A stretch of 64,000 bases of DNA from Bdellovibrionales bacterium (GTDB lineage Bacteria > Bdellovibrionota > Bdellovibrionia > Bdellovibrionales > CAYMLA01). This document shows, piece by piece, positions 10,540 through 19,536 of the stretch. A model generated the notes under the pieces. The model searched no databases, was not told the origin of the DNA, and worked only from the letters and a program-made list of their open reading frames with translations. The number at the start of each line of letters is the position of its first letter. Within the stretch, counting starts at the first letter, position 1. Location of the stretch: positions 864,001 to 928,000 of the forward strand of contig OZ244239.1 of the NCBI GenBank assembly GCA_965217115.1. Direction: 5' to 3'. The position numbers and the translations under genes are program-made.

Positions 10540-12126
10540 TCAAGATTTTAAGCGGACCTGAATTCCCAACAGACTACTAATAAGCACTAGGTACATGTAC
10601 GGGAAATACCCTCCGTACTTGGCAAAAAATGTTTTATTTTTTCCTTTTGCACTCTTTTTTATCGGAACATCCACTAATAATACCTCAGACTCTTGATACT
10701 TTCCACGCAAAACCTCTTCACCACCTACTGAAAATGCCCCGGAAATTCCTCCATTAGTTACTCTAATCACAGGACGGCGAAATTCAATCGACCGAGCCAT
10801 TGTCTTGTAATAATGTTGCCATGGTTCTGAACCTGAAAACCAATTATCATTCGTTAAATTAACTATCACTTCAGAACCCTTATCTACAAGACGGCGAAAG
10901 TGCTTATCAGAAAGGCTTTCGTAACATATCTGTGGTGACACATTAACTCCTGAAACTGAGTAGATTATCACTTCTTTACCTGCGCTAAGTCCATATTTTT
11001 TACCAAAAAACCTCCGACCTAAACTCAAAAAAACATCTCTCTCTGTTAACGACAGAAGGTAGTTTTTTTTATAGATACTCTCCAACACCCCATCATGCCT
11101 TAATATAGTTGCAGCATTAAATTTTTTTCCATTTTTCTCTTCCGCATATCCACCTGTGAGTAAATTAATTTTTTTTTCTTGTAAAAAACCTCGTAGCTTT
11201 TTATTAAATATCCCACCCCTATATCGTTCATTCAAGAATTCTGGCCAAGCTGTCTCTGGCAGAATCACAAGATCAATATTTTTATTTTTCTCTAAACCTT
11301 TTCTAATCCAATGCAATGTTTGATAAACAATCTGCTTCTGCCTTTCTCGATCAAAATCACGCCGCTTAAGCTCGTTACTTATATTTGGCTGAATCAAAAG
11401 TAAGCGCAAAGAAGAAACTTCTCTGGGAGTTTTTACATATTGAGAGTGTCTTTTCTTTAAGAAGGTCCCTAAAAAACTAAACAGAACAAAAACAAACACC
11501 AGCACTGATATTTTATTTATATAAAAACCCCATTTCTCTCTTTTCAAAAAATAAATATTAAAAAACATCTGAGAAAAAAAGGCATTCACAAAAATAGCTA
11601 TTCCTCCTAAACCTGCAAAACCCACCCATTCTGCTAAGTGGATAAAATTCCAGTGGGGCTTAGCGTGTTGCACCATTAGACCATCACCAAACTTCACTGA
11701 AAACACACGTAAAGGCCAAACATCTTCCCAAAAGAGAAATAAAAGTGCCAGGACTAAGGAACTTACAAAATATGACATTTTGACTCTCTCTCTAAAAAAC
11801 CACCAAATCACTCCTGCTATAGGAAGAAACAACCCCGCCATAAGAGAATAGATAAAATATATTATCCAACCGCTAGAACTCTCAATCTGACTAAACTCTT
11901 GAGCACTTTTAGGAATCCAATGGAATACGATAAGATGAATAATAAAACTCGTCAGACAGCCAGAAATAAAAACCTTCTTCCAGCCCTCAGAACACAACCA
12001 ATAGGTCAAAAGCGGGGTTAAACAGAAAAACAGCGCCCAAGAGGGAAAAGGCACATAGGAAAACCCTGTCATCAGTCCAGAGGATAGACACACAGAAAGT
12101 AATTTATTCCACTCTCTATTCCACAT
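10540..12126 (-). CDS. lnt: Apolipoprotein N-acyltransferase
   Basis: N-terminal TMs plus nitrilase fold: QPNI, PETAW, YKK, ICYE, NLTNDNWF. Confidence 0.85.
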   Translation of the reverse strand: MWNREWNKLLSVCLSSGLMTGFSYVPFPSWALFFCLTPLLTYWLCSEGWKKVFISGCLTSFIIHLIVFHWIPKSAQEFSQIESSSGWIIYFIYSLMAGLFLPIAGVIWWFFRERVKMSYFVSSLVLALLFLFWEDVWPLRVFSVKFGDGLMVQHAKPHWNFIHLAEWVGFAGLGGIAIFVNAFFSQMFFNIYFLKREKWGFYINKISVLVFVFVLFSFLGTFLKKRHSQYVKTPREVSSLRLLLIQPNISNELKRRDFDRERQKQIVYQTLHWIRKGLEKNKNIDLVILPETAWPEFLNERYRGGIFNKKLRGFLQEKKINLLTGGYAEEKNGKKFNAATILRHDGVLESIYKKNYLLSLTERDVFLSLGRRFFGKKYGLSAGKEVIIYSVSGVNVSPQICYESLSDKHFRRLVDKGSEVIVNLTNDNWFSGSEPWQHYYKTMARSIEFRRPVIRVTNGGISGAFSVGGEEVLRGKYQESEVLLVDVPIKKSAKGKNKTFFAKYGGYFPYMYLVLISSLLGIQVRLKS

Positions 12127-12145
12127 AGATTCGTATCCAATATAT

Positions 12146-12181
12146 AAAAAAAGGAGACTCTGTTAAGGGTCTCCTCTTTTT
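12146..12181 (-). terminator. Rho-independent terminator (possibly bidirectional)
   Basis: AGGAGACTC/GGGTCTCCT stem flanked by an A-run and a T-run, downstream of 12222..12683. Confidence 0.6.
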
Positions 12182-12221
12182 GTTCTTTCTCAATTAATAT
12201 CCTCTATGAATAATGTCAGTC

Positions 12222-12683
12222 TTATATTCGACGAGGTCCGCGAGGTTTTTTTGAACCGCCATTTCTCTTCCTACGCTTTGGACAAAGAGAACTACTTTCT
12301 AAATTTTTATTCTCATCACAAGAAGAGATATAACAATCTCTATAATTAGAATCATCACAACGACTCAATGCCCGATTTTTCGCCCTATGCTCTCTGCGAC
12401 CAAAACCCTCGAATACTTTTCCGGTTCCATCTCTTCTCGTTCCTACTGCTTTACAAGTGTAGTCGTAGGAATAACATCTTTCACGGCAGGCCCCATGCTT
12501 AGAGGTACAATCTCCACAACTGTAATGACCACCCCGATGCTCTTCATGACCAGTGTCTTTATAGGAGCAGCTATAGCCTCCTGATCCGCCACTATCATCA
12601 CTACCTATGATATCATCAATCGTCGCCCAAGAAAAACTTCCCAAAGACACCAACATCAATAAAAAAACTAAATACTTGCTCAT
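12222..12683 (-). CDS. Small secreted Cys-rich protein with basic tail
   Basis: Signal peptide MSKYLVFLLMLVSLGSFSWA, ~10 Cys, K/R-rich C-terminus, GAGGA RBS. Confidence 0.7.
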   Translation of the reverse strand: MSKYLVFLLMLVSLGSFSWATIDDIIGSDDSGGSGGYSCSYKDTGHEEHRGGHYSCGDCTSKHGACRERCYSYDYTCKAVGTRRDGTGKVFEGFGRREHRAKNRALSRCDDSNYRDCYISSCDENKNLESSSLCPKRRKRNGGSKKPRGPRRI

Positions 12684-12909
12684 AAAATCCTCCTCTTCCA
12701 TTATTTATAAAAACTCTCTTCTTGTTAAACTCAACCAACTACAAGAGCAATCATAATGCCAAAAAAATGGAGTCAAATGGGCTCCATTGAAAAATATACA
12801 GAGACGAATCATGAATTCACGGGTTGATGCACTGCATGATTTCGAGAAACCCATCCCTTTTGGTGCATATTGCTACCAAAACAATGTTCGTGTTTCTAAC
12901 ATATAGACT

Positions 12910-13344
12910 TTGGAAGAAGGCACACAGAGAGCCAGACCCGTGTTCTTCTTGCCAGACTGGGTTGATGATAAGGGTTGTACAAAGTCTAAAGCTGATTTTG
13001 TAAAAGTAAGTGTTGAGCCTGAGAAAAAGAAAAATATCCAAGAGTTTGTAGATAAAAATATAGAGCCTGGGTCTATAGTGAATACAGATGGAGGACGTTC
13101 AGTAATAGATATAAAAAATGTTAATCATGATTATCAAGCCGTTGCTGGAGATCAGAAGGTTGTAGATCGTTGGCTTCCCTGGGTGCATAAGTTTATCTCA
13201 AATGCTAAGTCTTGGGTTAATGGAACCCATCACGGAGTACCCTCAAAGCACCTTGAGTTATACTTGTCAGAATATGCTTATCGATTTAATCGGAAACATG
13301 ACCATGAAACTCTGTTCCACAGCGCTTTGGTTGCGTGTACGTGA
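12910..13344 (+). pseudogene. IS1595-family transposase, C-terminal fragment
   Basis: VNTDGG, VHKFISNAKSWVNGTHHGV and HLELYLSEYAYRFNR. The N-terminal part is missing, cut at the direct repeat. Confidence 0.8.
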
Positions 13345-13397
13345 GTGCTAGCTAATCTCTATGGACTCGATTAGCCCAAGCAGGTCAGTCTTATTTT

Positions 13398-13856
13398 TTA
13401 GTTATTTTTTTGAATATTGTTGATTTTAATTTTCTTTAGGCTACCCATGATAGCTGGGACCTTAGTATTAGTTTGAGATTTAGAGTCAATTTTATTGCAA
13501 TTTTTTTGTTGTAGCGAACATATGATCCAAAAAGTTTTTTCATTACTTCCTCTTTTCGGTAAAAACTCAAACGCACCTACTGACCCCAAATTAGCAGTCA
13601 CTAAACTTCCCGATGAAATAAGTTGGTTTACCTTAGCTTGTTGTATCCTATTGATTTCTAGAATTTTTTCTCCCGTACGGGAATCAATGATTAAGTTATT
13701 TGTTCTATGTACCCAACCCTGTGGCAATATAGTAAAAATATCGTTAGAAATCAACACTGAGGCATTACCCACGCCCGAAGATCCATTTGTTGCATGTATA
13801 TAAGGAGCTACAAATAATAATAAAATAAATAAGAATGAAATAGGTTTTATTGCCAT
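13398..13856 (-). CDS. Hypothetical secreted protein
   Basis: Signal peptide followed by NGSSGVGN; overlaps the upstream gene stop. Confidence 0.65.
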   Translation of the reverse strand: MAIKPISFLFILLLFVAPYIHATNGSSGVGNASVLISNDIFTILPQGWVHRTNNLIIDSRTGEKILEINRIQQAKVNQLISSGSLVTANLGSVGAFEFLPKRGSNEKTFWIICSLQQKNCNKIDSKSQTNTKVPAIMGSLKKIKINNIQKNN

Positions 13857-14725
13857 TCTCTTTCACCCTTCCCCTTCGTTAAGGGAAAACCTGAAAACAG
13901 CAGCGCATAAACTTGCTCAGGGTCTTGATTTTCCATGGCCCATTCGTTTAGTGTACTCATAAATTTTCTAACTCGCTTTTTAAGTTCAGGAAGTTGTTTT
14001 TTTGAAAGCCCTACTAAGTATGTGTTCATTTCACGATGATCGGATTTTCCAAGTTCAAGACTTTGTTGTGCTCGTTTTAGGAGACCATTGTAAAAAATCT
14101 TTGTAGAAGCCCTTTGCAAATCTGGTTTTGTTTTTACTCTTTTATTAGTTTGTTTTAGTTCTCTATTAGAGTTTCTATTTACTAGATTGAGTGTCTGTAA
14201 TACTTCTAATATCTCAATAATTTCTTGTTCAGATGCTAGGTTATGTAATTGGTCCTGAATCCAACGAGGACTCTCCCTAAATCCTTCAACATTAGTCAAC
14301 ACCATTATGGCATGGTGTAGCCAATTACTAATACATTCAAATTCATACTCTTCTAATGTCCTTCGAGTTATTCCAAATGATTTTTTTCTTTTCCGAAGCC
14401 TTAATACTCTTTCGTGATAGTACTCTCTTTCTAGGATATCCTTAGCTTGGTTAAAGTTAACAAGTGCCTCAAAGTATTCACTTTCATCTTCTGAAAAACT
14501 AATACCCTTTGAAAATCTAATGATATTATTTGCAGTTAAGTTTTTCTCATTGTCCATAACAAGCTTATAATAATTAGGGCTACCTAGCCCACAGCTTTTT
14601 GAAAATCTTGAGTACGTAAACCCATTTTTTTTATGTTTTTGGAATTGATAATAGTCCCTCAAAAATTCCCTATAATTATTGTAATCAAAGATAGAGGGAC
14701 TATTTTTTGTTTCTAAATCAATCAA
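13847..14725 (-). CDS. TIGR02147/DUF4423-family protein (N-terminal HTH-like)
   Basis: SIFDYNNYREFLRDYY..FTYSRFSKSCGLGSPNYYKLVM..EYFEALVNFNQA pattern. Confidence 0.8.
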   Translation of the reverse strand: MIDLETKNSPSIFDYNNYREFLRDYYQFQKHKKNGFTYSRFSKSCGLGSPNYYKLVMDNEKNLTANNIIRFSKGISFSEDESEYFEALVNFNQAKDILEREYYHERVLRLRKRKKSFGITRRTLEEYEFECISNWLHHAIMVLTNVEGFRESPRWIQDQLHNLASEQEIIEILEVLQTLNLVNRNSNRELKQTNKRVKTKPDLQRASTKIFYNGLLKRAQQSLELGKSDHREMNTYLVGLSKKQLPELKKRVRKFMSTLNEWAMENQDPEQVYALLFSGFPLTKGKGEREWQ

Positions 14726-15297
14726 TCCTTAATTTCCTTATGATTCTTAAATCCTACTGAGGCTGCATGGAAAAAGGTGAGTCTATAAGTGCTCATCTGT
14801 GGTTCTTCTCGTTCAAGATGAGTGATTCTCGAACCGACTAAAAGCACGATACTCTTAATACTAACACCCAAACCGTTATAAAGTTTTGTGGAGTATGTAG
14901 TAACATCTGAAAATAGCTCGCCTGTATTTGGTTGAAGTAAGCTTCCTGTACCACTAAAAACAACACTTATGCGGGTTCCTTGTCTATTTGTTAAGTAGTT
15001 TTTTTGTACTTTATAGTTTTCAAAACCTTTATACGCTAGACAGTGATTTGCAAAAAACTCTAAAACTTTCCACTGGTTTCCAGCTGTACCTAGAAATGCC
15101 TTTGTACATCGGTATAGTGCTGCCTTTTTACCATCTTGCCTAACAACAGCTACAGAAAGTCTTTCGCCCATAGAATCTTCTACACTAGCTGTATAGATAG
15201 ACAGCATTGAAACAAGTTCTGAATTTGAATTTTCTGCTCCATAACAGATAGAAGAGCCGAACGCTAATATGATTAAGGTTTGTACTATCTTATTCAT
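14722..15297 (-). CDS. Hypothetical secreted protein
   Basis: Signal peptide, AGGGGG RBS, 4-bp overlap with the next gene. Confidence 0.65.
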   Translation of the reverse strand: MNKIVQTLIILAFGSSICYGAENSNSELVSMLSIYTASVEDSMGERLSVAVVRQDGKKAALYRCTKAFLGTAGNQWKVLEFFANHCLAYKGFENYKVQKNYLTNRQGTRISVVFSGTGSLLQPNTGELFSDVTTYSTKLYNGLGVSIKSIVLLVGSRITHLEREEPQMSTYRLTFFHAASVGFKNHKEIKD

Positions 15298-15716
15298 TTA
15301 TCCCCCTTTGGATTAGATTAGTTGGACCAGCAATCGCGTGATCAAACTAGATTTGAAAACAGTAATTAATCAATATTTTTTTAACTTTTTAGTTAAAAAA
15401 TGGGTTTTCTTAACTTTAATGCATAGCGTAATTTAATTTAAGCAAAAGTGTTTGGGTAGAAATGTTCATAGGAGCCGTTAAAACTCACAAAACTAATGGT
15501 TTAATTATCAGCTTTGTTCACAATTTGTTTATTTAGGTGAATACTTAGAGACTTAAAAAAAGCAAGTTTCCAGAAATTTTTTGTGTTTTTTGCAACGGTG
15601 ACGGACTCCCTACACAGGGTGTCTACCACCCAAAAGGAAGCCACTGTGTTAATCTGTTTTTTAATGTCTCTTAAAATAGCTATCATAAAATAAGTTAAGC
15701 TATTTGGTGCATATTG

Positions 15717-17522
15717 CTACCAAAACAATGTTCGTGTTTCTAACATATAGACCTGACCATTCTCTCTAGAAAAAAATGTTAAAAAATCCATAAGAGTTGA
15801 AACCTGACCTTTAGGGGCTTTTTGAAAAATTAATAACGGGTTCAATAAAGACTGCAACCTCACCCCAAAACCCATCGCTATTTTTTTCCACTTAGACAAA
15901 CTGTCGTTGATCACATGCACATGGTAATCATCCTTGAGATGAGCCTTTGTTGCCGCATATTTTATCGCTTTCTCCAATCCACCTAATTGATCAACCAAAC
16001 CAATTTTCTGTGCATTCAACCCTGACCACACACGGCCCTGAGCTATCTTGTTAATTTGACTCTTATTTTTATTACGTCCCTGAGCCACGACTGCAATAAA
16101 TCGGTCGTAAATTTCATTCACTGATCTCTGTAAAACACGCCGTTCAAACTCACTCATTGGCTTTGTTCCATCAATAAAATTAGCATTTTCATGGGTCTTA
16201 ACATTTTGAAAATTAACTTGGAGATCTTTTGTTAAAAACTGACTTCCATCAAACAAAAGAGCAAACACTCCAATAGAGCCTGTCACCGTCAATGGGTCAG
16301 CAAAAATCTGATCTGCTCCTGCCGCCATATAATACCCTCCTGAAGCAGCTGCACCACCAAAAGACACGACAATAGGAAAACTCTTATTCGTCTCTTTTAA
16401 TACAAGTAACGAACGATACATCTCCTCCGAAGCCAAAGCACTTCCCCCTGGACTGTTCACTCGAATGACTAGAGCTTTCACTTTCTTAGATTTTTTGACC
16501 TGTTCAATCATATCCAAAAAACCTTCACTGCCTATCTGCCCACTATTACTGCTATAACCATCAACAATCTCTCCCGTTGCATAAATCACCGCCACATGAT
16601 CACTCTTCACTTTAGCTTCCAAATTTACCATTTTTTTACTGGTTCTCTTTAAATACTGACGCAAGGAAATCTTCTGACTGAAATCCACACCATCTACTTT
16701 TAGCTCTTTCACCTGATCCATATATAAAAGCCCGTCTATTAATTTTGCCTTTAAAGCATCTTTTGGATGGGTCACAGACATCTTATTAGCTAACAAGTCC
16801 AAATACCCAGAAGTTAATTTCCTCCCCTTAGCCACCTGTTCACGGATGTAACTCCAAAATTGACCTAACAGGGCTCTGGTTTGTTGACGATTGGCTTCGC
16901 TCATCTGATCTTCAACGAACATTTCTGCTGCAGACTTGAACTTACCCGCTCTAACAACTTGAGCATTTATATTCCATTTTTCTAAAGTTTTTTTCAGATA
17001 AGGCGACGAAGAAGAGAAACCATTCCACTCCACAGAACCATAGGGCATCATGTAAATCTTCGTAGCCGCGCTTAAAACAAACAAATTCTTTTCAGTTAAG
17101 TTCTTTGTGAAAGCCACTATCGGCTTTCCTTTAACCTCTAACAACCCCTGACGTATTTCATTCGCCGTCGCCCAGTTAAACCTGCCTTGGTTCATCTCCA
17201 GCAACACCCCTTTAATTGTTGAGTCTTTAGAAATATTTTTTAACACCTTCAGTAATTGACTTAACTCCAAAATCTGTGGACCTTGGTTAAAGTTATTTGA
17301 TAAAAACATCTCAAAGGGATCTTTCTCCAAGTTTCCCACTACTGTCCCTAGCCGTAAATGTAATACTCCCTCCTTTACAGTTGACCCATCTGTCGATAGA
17401 GACACTGATGGTGAAAACTCACTCACAGCAAATATCAATCCCATAAGGCATAAACCCATAAAAGAAATAGCCGTAAATACTCCTAATAAACTTGCAATGA
17501 ACATTTTAAAAAATACTTTCAT
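15717..17522 (-). CDS. sppA: Signal peptide peptidase SppA (67K type)
   Basis: RAGKFKSAAE, IRVNSPGGSA, AASGGYY, TGSIGV, AQGRVWSG. Confidence 0.92.
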   Translation of the reverse strand: MKVFFKMFIASLLGVFTAISFMGLCLMGLIFAVSEFSPSVSLSTDGSTVKEGVLHLRLGTVVGNLEKDPFEMFLSNNFNQGPQILELSQLLKVLKNISKDSTIKGVLLEMNQGRFNWATANEIRQGLLEVKGKPIVAFTKNLTEKNLFVLSAATKIYMMPYGSVEWNGFSSSSPYLKKTLEKWNINAQVVRAGKFKSAAEMFVEDQMSEANRQQTRALLGQFWSYIREQVAKGRKLTSGYLDLLANKMSVTHPKDALKAKLIDGLLYMDQVKELKVDGVDFSQKISLRQYLKRTSKKMVNLEAKVKSDHVAVIYATGEIVDGYSSNSGQIGSEGFLDMIEQVKKSKKVKALVIRVNSPGGSALASEEMYRSLLVLKETNKSFPIVVSFGGAAASGGYYMAAGADQIFADPLTVTGSIGVFALLFDGSQFLTKDLQVNFQNVKTHENANFIDGTKPMSEFERRVLQRSVNEIYDRFIAVVAQGRNKNKSQINKIAQGRVWSGLNAQKIGLVDQLGGLEKAIKYAATKAHLKDDYHVHVINDSLSKWKKIAMGFGVRLQSLLNPLLIFQKAPKGQVSTLMDFLTFFSRENGQVYMLETRTLFW

Positions 17523-17589
17523 CCTGACCTCTTACCTATGGGGGGTTGTTGCTCTTATACTTTTTATATTTGATTTAGGCAAATGACAC

Positions 17590-17702
17590 GCTATTTTAAT
17601 GGGCTTTATTAGTTAGCTCAGACATGCGTTTGGCAGCGCCGCTCGCCATGCGAGCAGCGCACCAAGCCGAACTCGCTAAATAATAAAGCCCATTAAAATA
17701 GC
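17590..17702 (-). repeat. Hairpin element copy A (28-bp arms, 57-nt core), reverse orientation
   Basis: Arms 17590-17617 and 17675-17702 (1 mismatch). Core is the exact reverse complement of 18749-18805. Confidence 0.9.
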
Positions 17703-17741
17703 TCTCCTTGAAATCGCATTTGACTGGGAGCAACAGGGGGC

Positions 17742-18069
17742 CGGGGGCTGGGAACAACGGGGGCCGGAGGAGGGGGAATAACGGAAGCGGAGGAGGGGGA
17801 ACAACGGAAGCGGAGGAGGGGGAACAACGGGGGCGGAGGAGGGGGAACAACGGGGGCGGAGGAGGGGGAACAACGGGAGCGGAGGAGGGGGAACAACGGA
17901 ACCGGAGGAGGGGGAACAACGGGGGCGGAGGAGGGGGAACAACGGGAGAGGGAGAGGGACACTGCTCCCACACTCCGGCCCCCGCTGTTTGCTCGCCTCC
18001 GGACCCGCTGTTCCCCCGCCTCTGGACCCGCTGTTTCCCCGCCTCCGGGCCGCTGTTTGCTCGCCTCTC
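17742..18069. repeat. 23-bp G-rich tandem repeat (8 units) followed by ~4 related inverted C-rich units
   Basis: CGGAGGAGGGGGAACAACGGRRG units at 17765-17948; CCGCTGTT...CCTCCGGAC units at ~17982-18069. Confidence 0.9.
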
Positions 18070-18638
18070 AGGAAATAGATACTGGAGCAGCATTGACATC
18101 TTTAAAAACACCACAAAGCTGACTCCAAGTGGTTTTATCTTATTCTCTCAAAAATAAATTGCCCTATATATTCACCAGTATTTCTATGCACACCCTCTTT
18201 AAAATCCGTGTCCTATGTTCAAGATAGCTTAAGTCTATGTAAATTAATTATCAATTTAGCTAAATTAAAACTTGATGCCTCATCGGATTACTAGGTTAAT
18301 GATCTTCTTAACATCACTCAAATTTTCCTGGTCATTCCCTTAAAATCAATTTTGAAACCAATCAGGCTATGTGGAGCCCACATCTCATCTTCACATAATT
18401 CTTTGATCTTAAATCAAAACTATGTGTGACTCACCTTTTCCTCACCACCTTTTTGGGCATCTTTTTGATTCAATACTTCAAAATTTTCCAATCACTTTTT
18501 AATTGTTCTAAAACACAAAAACTCTCACTCTCCGCCAATGTTTATTATAAACAAAGACCTAACACCTCGATCCATCGAAAAGCCTCCAAAGAACTTTACA
18601 CAAACAGGTCTGGACAAGAATAAACTAATACTTTTTTT

Positions 18639-18843
18639 CCGCTGTCCCCTCTCCTCCGGCCCGCTGTCCCCCCTCCTCCGTCTCCGCTGTCCCCAGTCAA
18701 ATGCAGATTTCAAAGGAGGTTTTTTTAAATGCCCTTCTATTCTTTAGCGAGTTCGGCTTGGTGCGCTGCTCGCATGGCGAGCGGCGCTGCCAAACGCATG
18801 TCTGAGCTAAAGAATAGAAGGGCATTTAAAAAAACCTCCTTTG
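18639..18843 (+). repeat. Hairpin element copy B (perfect 38-bp arms) with C-rich leader
   Basis: Arms 18711-18748 and 18806-18843, core 18749-18805, CCGCTGTCCCC repeats at 18639-18694. Confidence 0.9.
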
Positions 18844-18849
18844 CCAAAA

Positions 18850-19536
18850 TCACAAAAAAATTTCTGTCATTTTCTTTTTAAGCCTCCCAACAAACCCCCC
18901 TTGATCTATTTTTTCACCCGTCAATTCCTCCAAACTCACCATCACATTAGAGTTAAATCCACAGGGGTACACACCTTTAAAGGCCTCGTCATCTTTATGT
19001 AAATTTATTGCCGCTCCATGAAAGGTACACCATTTTTTTATACCAATTCCCAGAGAAGCAAGTTTTTTCTCTTTTACCCAAACTCCTGTCGCCTCTTCTG
19101 GAGATGTTTCTCTATCCCTCTTTTGCGAGCTTCTTCCCGTAGCTATCACTCCATAATCAGAAACTGTCTCCACCAATACTCTTTCAAATAAGCGAAGATA
19201 AGAACCTATGTCCCTCGCCCTGCGCAACTCACTGCGACTCTTTTGATTTAAGTCAACAATAGGATAAATTACCAGCTGACTTGGGCCATGATAAGTGGAA
19301 CGTCCACCACGATTGATCGACAGCAAATCTCCACTCCAGTCGGCGTACTCATAATCCTGAGTCGCACGGCCTAAAGTCACCACCGGAGGATGAGTACAGA
19401 AAATGACTGTGTCACCAGTTTCCCCCGATTGCACCTGTAACAGAGTTGTCTCTTGACGGGACAGAGCTATGTGGTAATCCAAGCATCCCCAATCCTGCCA
19501 AATTATATCATTGGCTTTTTTATTTTTTTCTATCAT
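18850..19536 (-). CDS. lipB: Octanoyltransferase LipB
   Basis: HPPVVTLGR, RGGRSTYHGPSQLVIYP, KLASLGI, FHGAAIN, PCG. Confidence 0.92.
   Translation of the reverse strand: MIEKNKKANDIIWQDWGCLDYHIALSRQETTLLQVQSGETGDTVIFCTHPPVVTLGRATQDYEYADWSGDLLSINRGGRSTYHGPSQLVIYPIVDLNQKSRSELRRARDIGSYLRLFERVLVETVSDYGVIATGRSSQKRDRETSPEEATGVWVKEKKLASLGIGIKKWCTFHGAAINLHKDDEAFKGVYPCGFNSNVMVSLEELTGEKIDQGGFVGRLKKKMTEIFL

Larger units (their letters stand above)
12859..15752. mobile_element. 2.9-kb islet bounded by a 50-bp direct repeat of the sppA 3' end
   Basis: 12859-12908 is identical to 15703-15752. Contains an IS remnant and a 3-gene operon. Confidence 0.75.

Noticed and set aside
12910..13344. IS1595 as the mobiliser of the islet or of the hairpins
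   Set aside because: It is truncated, no terminal inverted repeat pair was found, and the 50-bp duplication is too long for this family
17742..18069. CRISPR array (TGTTCCCC resembles type I-E repeats)
   Set aside because: Units are head-to-tail with no unique spacers, and there are no cas genes
17596..18157. Pro/Gly/Arg-rich ORFs in several frames
   Set aside because: Artefacts of a stop-free 23-bp repeat whose period is not a multiple of 3; no RBS or coding signal
18711..18843. Simple rho-independent terminator explanation for the hairpins
   Set aside because: It may act as one. However, the conserved 57-nt core, the repeat leader, the copies not at gene ends and the wobble polarity antisense to lipB/rfaE are not explained by termination alone.
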